From Nostoc sp. PCC 7120 = FACHB-418 (lineage in GTDB: Bacteria; Cyanobacteriota; Cyanobacteriia; Cyanobacteriales; Nostocaceae), in NCBI RefSeq assembly GCF_000009705.1, contig NC_003272.1:4680001-4712000 (forward strand): DNA of 32,000 nt. Reading direction: 5' to 3'. The position numbers and the translations under genes were made by a program. The notes below the pieces were generated by a model. That model was not told the origin of the DNA. It did not search any database and worked only from the letters and a program-made list of their open reading frames with translations. Of this stretch, positions 9,349 through 16,429 are shown piece by piece; position 1 is the first letter of the stretch; each line of letters opens with the position of its first letter.

Positions 9349-9513
9349 TTATTCAGCATCAACTGCTGCTGCGCCTTCTTCTTCCTCACTCTTAGGTGTT
9401 CTTTGTTGGAACCTTCTTTGCATTCTTCCCGTTGTAGTCCGTTTACGAAACTTTCTGGCGTATGCCTGGTTCCGTAGCGCCTTTTCTTTTTTCGGGTTAC
9501 GGCGCTTTGCCAT
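9349..9513 (-). CDS. small, highly basic hypothetical protein (54 aa) with an acidic tail
   Basis: MAKRRNPKKEKALRNQAYARKFRKRTTTGRMQRRFQQRTPKSEEEEGAAAVDAE. The ATG at 9513 is preceded by GAGGTG 5 nt upstream, and a terminator lies downstream. The longer ORF-track start (9555) lacks an SD. Confidence 0.6.
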   Translation of the reverse strand: MAKRRNPKKEKALRNQAYARKFRKRTTTGRMQRRFQQRTPKSEEEEGAAAVDAE

Positions 9514-10044
9514 ATTCACCTCGTTAATAAACAACAAAAAATGGCTGCTAGGCATTTTTTAGAGAATATCAGCCACAAACGTTATTGATAAAGCTCTGGC
9601 CTAGTTTAGCTGTCATAAATCTTTGAACAGCATACAATCCTACCCCATTTAATTTGGTTGTGTCAATGGCAACTAGCCTTAACAATTCAAAATTCAAAAT
9701 TAAAGACAGTTGGAGTCGGGGATTGAAACCCTTGAATTTAGGATAAAAAAGCGGGGTATGAGAGGAATTAATTACTGAGATAAAACTATCAACACTCAGA
9801 TACAGCCCGTAAAACACTTAAGTGTAAATACTGTGTAAAATCATATATAAGCGTTTTGAGAAGCTTGCATATCAATACAAAATAGCAAACTATAAAAAGT
9901 TTTGCCTTTTGTGAAAATTATGTTAAGGTCTTGTTTTACACTCTAAACCCATAAGAGTTAGGATAGCTGGCGGCGACAGACTATCTGTTTACTTATGGCT
10001 CCTGACTCTTAAATTCTTTTTTGAAAATAATTAGGACAGGTTAA

Positions 10045-10785
10045 ATGATTAAATATCGCCAATGGTCAAAGTATCTGGCTGTTTTATCTTCAGCCGCAGT
10101 TTTGGGAACTGATTTAGCAATTCCTTCAGCTATTGCCCAAACGACTATCAAATCATCTGTTGGTAAGGCTGTAACCTTCACCTGCAATGACTCTGAGGCG
10201 ACTATCAAGGCCAAAAAAGGTCCTAAGGTGACGATTGGACTGACAAATATTTACATCGGTTATCAGCAAGTATCATCCAATAACAAAGACCCACGCATTA
10301 TCCGTTTTGATAATGGTTTTAGAACATGGTGTCGTAGTGACTATGAAACTACAGGGGACGACGGTACAGGCTACGGATTGTATTGGGATGGAGGAAGTAA
10401 TCTGTATGGTGTTTTCACTTCTACAGGTACTCAAACAGGCAACGATTTTCGTCGTTTTGCTACTCAAGGTTGGTTGACTAGCTATGGTCGAGGTGGCGGT
10501 GCAAAAGTGGCGGTAATCGCTCGGATTAATCCCAGCAATGGTAGTGTTACCTCGGCGACTTATCTATCTGCTATCAAGATGGATGGTAAAAGTAACTCTT
10601 TGGCGGTTACTAGTCTGGCATGGAATGGCACAAATTTGACGGTGAAAGCTGATTCCTGGTGGTCTCCTCGCCGTCGTGATAAAACTCGCATGAATTGTTC
10701 TGGTACATCACCTTTTAAATACACAGTTGCATTTGCAGCCAACTTAAGAAGCGTAAGTTCAGCTTCAGCAGTTAACTGTAGCTGA
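10045..10785 (+). CDS. secreted hypothetical protein (Sec signal peptide, Cys-containing)
   Basis: N-terminus MIKYRQWSKYLAVLSSAAVLGTDLAIPSAIAQ with an AxA-type cleavage site. AGGACAGG lies upstream of the ATG. I recognise no domain. Confidence 0.6.
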   Translation: MIKYRQWSKYLAVLSSAAVLGTDLAIPSAIAQTTIKSSVGKAVTFTCNDSEATIKAKKGPKVTIGLTNIYIGYQQVSSNNKDPRIIRFDNGFRTWCRSDYETTGDDGTGYGLYWDGGSNLYGVFTSTGTQTGNDFRRFATQGWLTSYGRGGGAKVAVIARINPSNGSVTSATYLSAIKMDGKSNSLAVTSLAWNGTNLTVKADSWWSPRRRDKTRMNCSGTSPFKYTVAFAANLRSVSSASAVNCS

Positions 10786-10791
10786 GTTGAT

Positions 10792-10809
10792 AATTCGTAA
10801 TTACGAATT
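10792..10809. repeat. perfect 18-bp palindrome AATTCGTAATTACGAATT
   Basis: Self-complementary. It shares the TTCGTA half-site with the 21-bp array at 13116-13304. It lies between the convergent 3' ends of the secreted-protein gene and flv1A. Confidence 0.7.
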
Positions 10810-10864
10810 GTAGGTTTAATTTTGCTGTCAGGGTTGTATCACCTTTTTTTCAAAATACAAATTA

Positions 10865-10890
10865 CAGTGTTTTTCTCTTCATTAACACTG
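10865..10890 (-). terminator. candidate terminator hairpin downstream of flv1A
   Basis: cagtgtt (10865-10871) pairs with aacactg (10884-10890). On the minus strand TAATTTGTATTTTG follows. Confidence 0.4.
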
Positions 10891-10924
10891 CTTAGTTCAA
10901 TCCAAAAAGTAATTAAAACAGTCT

Positions 10925-12637
10925 TTAATAATGGTTACCTGATTTGCGATGATGCACGGCTGTAACACCGTCCTGATTTAGGACTTTGCCATTTTCTACA
11001 GTTGCATAAACCAGCCAGTGGTCGCCTGATTCCATACGGTTTTGGACTGAACATTCCAAATATGCTAGAGCATCTTGCAGTACAGGACTACCGTTTTCAG
11101 CTTCGGCTGTCGCCACATCAGCGAATCTATCTTGTGCGGGGCCGAATGGTTTGAGAAAGTGTTTCATCAATCCCAGGTGATTACCCTCTTTTAGAACATT
11201 GAGAACAAATTTATTCCCGGTATGGGTCAGCGTTTCTACTGCACGGTCTTTGGCAACGGCGATGGTTAAGCCAGGCGGATTAAAGCTGGCTTGAGCCACC
11301 CAAGAGGCTAACATGGCGCTGGATATTTCCCCTTGCTTGGCGGTAACAACGCAAAGTGACCCGACTATTCGTCCCACGGCTTGTTCTACATTTGTGGCTG
11401 GTACACTTTGAGTCCGGACTTTCCTGGCTTTCTTCAAGGCTTGGGCAAAGTCGGTTCCGGCTTCTTCGCACATTTGCAAGGTGACTTCGTTGGGTTTGAA
11501 TTTGACGCGAATAGAGTCAAAACCAAATCTATAACCGGCATCTTTGAGTTTACTTTCAATTAAATCAACCGCTTCACCACTCCAGCCAAAGGAACCAAAC
11601 ACGCCAGCTAATTTGTTATTGGTGGCGGTTGATAAAACTATACCTAAAGCTGTTTGCACTGGTGTGGGTGCATGACCGCCAAGGGTGGGGGAACCCATAA
11701 CAAAACCAGCAGATTTTTCGACTGCGGCGCGAATTTCTTCCGGGTCGGCAAATTCACAGTTAATTGATTCTACCGCGACACCAGCTTTAGTAATACCACG
11801 AGCGATCGCCTGTGCCAATGTCGCTGTGTTTCCATAAGCTGACGCATAAATCAATGCGACTGTCAAGTCAGCAGAGGTTTGTTGTTGACTCCATTCGCGG
11901 TAGGCGTGGGTAAGTTCAATTAAGCCGTAACGCACCAAGGGGCCGTGACCAGTTGCATACAAGCGTGTAGGGAAATCGGCAAGTTTATCTAAAGCTGTTT
12001 CCACTTGCCTGGCATGGGGAGCCATCAAGCAATCATAATAGTAACGGCGGTCTTCGTTGATTGTTGCCCAACCTTCATCAAATACTTGGTCGCCGCAAAT
12101 ATGCGCCCCAAATAGCTTATCTGTATAGAGAATTTCGGTTTGGGGGTCGTAGGTACATAATTCATCGGCGTAGCGGGGGTTAGGTGTGGGGATGAATTGT
12201 AAATTATGCCCTTTCCCTAAATCGAGGGTTTCCTCACCCCGCATAATCAGCATTGGTAAATCCGGGTTTTCTAGCACCCCACGCAAATTAATCGCCCCTG
12301 GATTAGAACAGACAAAGGTAATTTGTGGTGCTATTTCTAGTAAAGCTTTTAAGGTAGCCGCACGGTTGGGGTTAATGTGACCGAGAATAACATAATTGAT
12401 TTCTGTGACATCTAGTCGTTTCTGCAACGCATCCAGATAAATCTGCGTGAAGGTTTCCCCTGGCGGGTCAATCAGAGCCAGCTTATCACCTTGGATTAAA
12501 TAAGAGTTAGCCGTGGTTCCCTTAGCTAAAGCATACTCAATTTCAAATCTTAATCTTGTCCAACTGCGCGATCGCAGTACTGTAGTATTTGTACCAATGG
12601 GTAGGACTTGAACGTCTCGTGGTTTGGTTTGTGACAT
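10925..12637 (-). CDS. flv1A: class-C flavodiiron protein, FlvA-type (non-canonical di-iron site)
   Basis: 570 aa with metallo-beta-lactamase, flavodoxin and C-terminal flavin-reductase modules. The di-iron ligand motif reads HINPNR instead of HxExDH, the hallmark of the Flv1/FlvA clade. The symbol comes from memory of PCC 7120 gene order. Confidence 0.85.
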   Translation of the reverse strand: MSQTKPRDVQVLPIGTNTTVLRSRSWTRLRFEIEYALAKGTTANSYLIQGDKLALIDPPGETFTQIYLDALQKRLDVTEINYVILGHINPNRAATLKALLEIAPQITFVCSNPGAINLRGVLENPDLPMLIMRGEETLDLGKGHNLQFIPTPNPRYADELCTYDPQTEILYTDKLFGAHICGDQVFDEGWATINEDRRYYYDCLMAPHARQVETALDKLADFPTRLYATGHGPLVRYGLIELTHAYREWSQQQTSADLTVALIYASAYGNTATLAQAIARGITKAGVAVESINCEFADPEEIRAAVEKSAGFVMGSPTLGGHAPTPVQTALGIVLSTATNNKLAGVFGSFGWSGEAVDLIESKLKDAGYRFGFDSIRVKFKPNEVTLQMCEEAGTDFAQALKKARKVRTQSVPATNVEQAVGRIVGSLCVVTAKQGEISSAMLASWVAQASFNPPGLTIAVAKDRAVETLTHTGNKFVLNVLKEGNHLGLMKHFLKPFGPAQDRFADVATAEAENGSPVLQDALAYLECSVQNRMESGDHWLVYATVENGKVLNQDGVTAVHHRKSGNHY

Positions 12638-12892
12638 AGTTTTTAAATAAGTGCTTTGTTTTTAAACATTTTTTAGCAATTAAACGGCAATTGCTACAAA
12701 TAACTACACATTTACAATTAAAGCCTAATTTGTTTGTTTGAATTTGCGGTATTTATTATGGATAAGATAATCTTCACTTTTGTTAGAAGAGTAGGCTTGT
12801 GGCAGGGTAATTATTCCCGATATCTCGTGATTAATCGCGTCTTTCCACTCCGCTAGGCTTATTTCTGTCCACTGAGAGCGATTATAGTTTTA

Positions 12893-12957
12893 GTAGAGTG
12901 CGTCAGTATGAATAATTTCTTGGTGTAGTGAGGTTTTCTGACACTGACGCACCCTAC
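12893..12957. repeat. 15-bp inverted repeat (14/15) with a 35-nt spacer; small dispersed hairpin element
   Basis: gtagagtgcgtcagt (12893-12907) and actgacgcaccctac (12943-12957). Confidence 0.6.
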
Positions 12958-13115
12958 ATCATCTATTAAAAAAGCGATCGCCTCAAACAACGCTGTTAAA
13001 ATAAAACCATACTCGATGCCGTATCCATCCTATGACTATTGCGCCAGAAAAAAATCCGCAAACGCAAATGAACTCTGGTGAGATGACACGATGCTTTGAT
13101 TTATAAGTTTTACTT

Positions 13116-13304
13116 AAGCTGTCGTAACGACAACATAAGCATTTGCCACAAATAGATAAACGTTCGTAACGACACAAGTTGTGTTCGTAACGAACGGACA
13201 AGCTGTGGTAACGACAAAAACTTTATTCGTAACGTCTGTTTCTGTGTTGGTAACAAATGAACAAGCTGTTGTTACCACAAGAACTTGATTTGTAACGTCA
13301 CTGT
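13116..13304. repeat. nine phased 21-bp tandem units with a palindromic TCGT-N-ACGA core
   Basis: Units start at 13116, 13137, 13158, 13179, 13200, 13221, 13242, 13263 and 13284. Two units carry perfect 13-bp odd palindromes: tgtcgtaacgaca (13120-13132) and gttcgtaacgaac (13183-13195). Units 4-6 and 7-9 form a 63-bp higher-order repeat. Confidence 0.85.
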
Positions 13305-13315
13305 TGTAAAAGTGC

Positions 13316-16300
13316 TTAAATGATTCTGAAGAGGATTTGCTTTAAGCTTTGCATTGTACGAGTAGTAATATCATGCTGATGCCAAGCTTGATAGAATTTG
13401 GAGTAAGGCATATTCTGGGCGCATTCCCAGGCTAAATCGTAGTTATCACCATACAATCGCCGATAACCACTTAAAGTTTTGACTGCCTCAAAGAAATACT
13501 TATTGTCTTGTAGAATTTTCCCTAAGCTAAATGCAGCCTGACTACGGGTGTCGTCATCCACATGATTTAATAGTACGACTAGCATCAAGGCAGTGATCGC
13601 TTTTCCATTACCTGTGCCAATTTTCCCTAAGCTTTCTGCTGCTTGTCTACGGGTGTAATTTTTCACATTTTTTGATTGCAGCAATTTTACCAAAGCAGTG
13701 ATCGCATTTTCATTGCCTGGGTCGATTTTTTCTAAGCTTTCTGCTACCCGTTGGCAGGTCGAGTCATCCAGATTATTTGATTGCAGCAATTTTACCAAAG
13801 CAGCGATCGCCTTTTCATTGCCTGCGCCGATTTGCCCTAAGCTTTTTGCTGCCTGCCAACGCGTCAAGTCATCCACACTTTTTGATTGCAGCAGTTGTAT
13901 CAAGGCGGCGATCGCATTTTCATTGCCTATGCCGATTTTCCCTAAGCTTGATGCTGCCAGCCTACGGGTGTAGTCATCTACAGTAGTTGATTGCAGCAGT
14001 TCCATCAAGGCGGCGATCGCATTTTCATTGCCTGTGGCGATTTGCCCTAAGCTATCTGGTGCTAGGCTACGAGTGAAGTCACCCACACTTTTTGATTGCA
14101 GCAGTTGCAATAAAGCAGCGATCGCTTCTTTATTGCCTGGGTCGATTTTCCCTAAGCTTGATGCTGCGGACATACGGGTGTATTTATCTACATCAGGTGA
14201 TTGCAGCACTTGCACTAAAGCAGCGATTGCAATTTCATTGCCTGGGTCGATTTGACCTAAGCTGTATACTACCTGACTACGGGTGTCGTCATCCAGATTA
14301 TTTGATTGCAGTAGTTGCACTAAAGCAGCGATTGCAAATTCATTGCCTGGGTCGATTTGACCTAAGCTATGTGCTGCTAGGCTACGAGTCAACACAGCCA
14401 CATTCTTTGATCGCACCAGTTGTAGCAAGACGGCGATGGCAATTTCATCGCCAGGGTTGATTTGCCCTAAGCTATGTGCTGCTAGGCTACGAGTCAAGTC
14501 ATCCACATTCTTTGATTGCAGGAGTTGCAACAAAGTTGCGATCGCTTTTTCATTACCTATGCCGATTTTCCCTAAACTTTCTGCTGCCTGCCAACGGATG
14601 CCGTTATCCACATTATTTGATTGCAGAAGTTGCAACAAAGCTGTAATCGCAATTTCATTGCCTTTGCCGATTTTCCCTAAGCTTTCTGCCACCTGCCAAC
14701 GGGTGTAGTTTTTCACATTCTTTGATTGCAGGAGTTGCAACAAAGCTGCGATCGCTTTTGTACGGTTGATTTTTTGTAATGTTGATCTAGCTTCCTCTTC
14801 AATTGCTTTGGGAAAGCTGCTCCACTCTTTCTTTTTATCTAAATAACCAAAGCTCCACTTGACAATTTGCGCTACTATTTCATTGTCTCTATAAGAACCT
14901 TTAAACTCTGCAATTCCTGCGGCGGCTAAAAAATAGGCGCGATATTCATAAAATCCTTTATCTATATCTTCTCTATTCCGCTTGCCACATCTATCTTTAA
15001 AACTAACTAAAGCATTGATAAACTGTTGTTTTTGCCATTTGAGGTTTTCCTCTTCTCGCCCTAACCAAAGTAATATTGTTTGCTTCCATCGCGGTTCAAA
15101 AATGCGATAAGTTCCTTGATTGGGAGTATTAGGAACGTGGTTGAGAAAGAAATGCCAGTCATTGATAGCTTTAGCAGCAAAGTACTCTTGAAATGAAGCA
15201 TGAAAGAAAGCGTAAACAGGTTTTCTATTTGTATCTATCCCTACACGGTTCAGCCAGCCGTGATTTAGTGCCAATTTCAGCAGTGATTTTTCATCTTCAG
15301 CATCTCCCAAAAACCGACTAACAAAATCCTGCCGCAATCGAAAACGGGTTGCTTCTTTATCTATTGCTGCTTTAGCCAATTCCCCTAGTTTGATATTGAG
15401 TTGCTGATGCTGGTCAGATGTTGTAGCAAATTCCTCTTTTTTCCACTTGTAGAAGTCATTAACAAATTGCTGATAGAGTCCCGCTTGAGTATCGGGTAAT
15501 TTGCCATCTCCTGATTGCCAATTTAAACACAGCAGCGTCAACCGCAAAGGATTTTTTACTAAATCCTGAATCCGTTCTTTACCTGATTCTTTTAGAGCAG
15601 TGCATAACTGCTTTCCAGTTTCGGGAATAGCAGCGAACCATCTGTGAATAAATTTCTCTACCTGTTCTGGATAAGAAAAATCTAAACTGCGATAGGTATC
15701 AAAATCATCAAGTGCATTAATGCTGCCATCCCACAGATTAACTCGACAAGTCAGCACAATTCGCGCTTGAGAAATTAACCCTGCTTCACGAAATTGCCGT
15801 GCAATCTCTGTTAGAGGATTAGATGCAGACATTTCATCTAACCCATCTAGCAGCAGCCACACATTATCTTGCTTAAATAAAGCAACAAAATTCTCCTTTA
15901 GTTGCTTAGTGGCTTCAGCTTTATCTACTTTCTCAGCCACCTGAGTCAACCAAGTTTCCAACAGATAAGATTTGAGTTCCTTTCCTCGCAAATCTGCTAA
16001 AGATACCCAAATGACAATCGACTGGGGAATCTCACGAGATACCCAATTAGCAATCTGCTGTAAGAGTGTTGTCTTTCCTGCACCTGGTTCACCAATAATT
16101 GCAATTCGCTTACCTTGACTTTTAGGCGTGTTCTTCTGTTTGAGAACTTCTTCTAAAAAAGCATCATGCTCAAATGTTTTGGTGATTTCTGTCTCCTTGT
16201 ACAGTTCTGAACCCTGTTCTGGAGAAATATCACCTTGAGGCTTAGGCTGTTTTTTACGCTCAACTAATCCCAGTGGTACATAAACATCATCAACTTGGAG

Positions 16301-16429
16301 CGTTACGCCTTCCGTTGATGTCAGAGGATTTGTAGTCAGCTTGCGCCGTTCTGCAATTATTTCACAACAGATTTCACGCCAGTCATCGGGAGTTAACTTT
16401 GTCCCCTCCTCCCCTGGAGACGACTGCGG
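13316..16429 (-). CDS. NACHT-family STAND NTPase with 12 C-terminal HEAT-like repeats; open frame with no start codon of its own upstream of the P-loop (possible pseudogene or readthrough product)
   Basis: Hand translation shows the frame is open from just after the TGA at 16430-16432. Walker A is GEPGAGKTT (complement of 16067-16093) and Walker B is VWLLLDGLDE. The first ATG/GTG/TTG is the TTG at 15991 used by the ORF track, which lies downstream of Walker A. The C-terminal half is 12 x 35-aa AIAALLQLLQS...SLGKIG.GNE repeats. Confidence 0.8.
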   Translation of the reverse strand, partial: PQSSPGEEGTKLTPDDWREICCEIIAERRKLTTNPLTSTEGVTLQVDDVYVPLGLVERKKQPKPQGDISPEQGSELYKETEITKTFEHDAFLEEVLKQKNTPKSQGKRIAIIGEPGAGKTTLLQQIANWVSREIPQSIVIWVSLADLRGKELKSYLLETWLTQVAEKVDKAEATKQLKENFVALFKQDNVWLLLDGLDEMSASNPLTEIARQFREAGLISQARIVLTCRVNLWDGSINALDDFDTYRSLDFSYPEQVEKFIHRWFAAIPETGKQLCTALKESGKERIQDLVKNPLRLTLLCLNWQSGDGKLPDTQAGLYQQFVNDFYKWKKEEFATTSDQHQQLNIKLGELAKAAIDKEATRFRLRQDFVSRFLGDAEDEKSLLKLALNHGWLNRVGIDTNRKPVYAFFHASFQEYFAAKAINDWHFFLNHVPNTPNQGTYRIFEPRWKQTILLWLGREEENLKWQKQQFINALVSFKDRCGKRNREDIDKGFYEYRAYFLAAAGIAEFKGSYRDNEIVAQIVKWSFGYLDKKKEWSSFPKAIEEEARSTLQKINRTKAIAALLQLLQSKNVKNYTRWQVAESLGKIGKGNEIAITALLQLLQSNNVDNGIRWQAAESLGKIGIGNEKAIATLLQLLQSKNVDDLTRSLAAHSLGQINPGDEIAIAVLLQLVRSKNVAVLTRSLAAHSLGQIDPGNEFAIAALVQLLQSNNLDDDTRSQVVYSLGQIDPGNEIAIAALVQVLQSPDVDKYTRMSAASSLGKIDPGNKEAIAALLQLLQSKSVGDFTRSLAPDSLGQIATGNENAIAALMELLQSTTVDDYTRRLAASSLGKIGIGNENAIAALIQLLQSKSVDDLTRWQAAKSLGQIGAGNEKAIAALVKLLQSNNLDDSTCQRVAESLEKIDPGNENAITALVKLLQSKNVKNYTRRQAAESLGKIGTGNGKAITALMLVVLLNHVDDDTRSQAAFSLGKILQDNKYFFEAVKTLSGYRRLYGDNYDLAWECAQNMPYSKFYQAWHQHDITTRTMQSLKQILFRII
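13496..14755 (-). repeat. 12 x 105-nt in-frame tandem coding repeats (HEAT/PBS-lyase-like)
   Basis: Exact 105-nt period (for example tttgattgca at 13671, 13776, 13881 ...). Long identical nucleotide blocks alternate with short variable blocks. Six units carry a perfect HIP1 GCGATCGC encoding Ala-Ile-Ala. Confidence 0.9.

Noticed and set aside
9709-9729. gttggagtcggggattgaaac resembles the 3' end of a cyanobacterial CRISPR repeat (…GATTGAAAC).
   Set aside because: Single copy, with no second repeat at spacer distance and no cas genes in the window. It is not an array.
9569-9817. 82-aa minus-strand ORF in the 490-bp gap upstream of the secreted-protein gene.
   Set aside because: It runs through AAATTCA heptamers and AT-rich low-complexity DNA, with no RBS or recognisable motif. 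It is likely non-coding. An sRNA cannot be excluded, but I see no promoter and terminator pair.
12983-13201. 72-aa minus-strand ORF with a 7-aa periodicity (xxRYExx).
   Set aside because: The periodicity is imposed by the 21-bp DNA repeat. The frame is closed by a stop at 13223-13225 within the same array. It has a TTG start, no RBS, and a Cys/Arg-rich nonsense-like composition.
13698-14708. Five plus-strand ORFs (69-122 aa) inside the HEAT repeat region, themselves repetitive.
   Set aside because: They are antisense to a much longer ORF with clear NACHT and HEAT features. Their openness is a by-product of the 105-nt repeat lacking stop codons in those frames. They have no independent start or RBS signals.
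16380-16415. A GGAGGAGGGG Shine-Dalgarno-like run just after the TGA might drive re-initiation of a separate NACHT gene.
   Set aside because: No ATG, GTG or TTG occurs in frame for the next 146 codons. The only nearby ATG (in cccgatgact) is out of frame and terminates after 9 codons.
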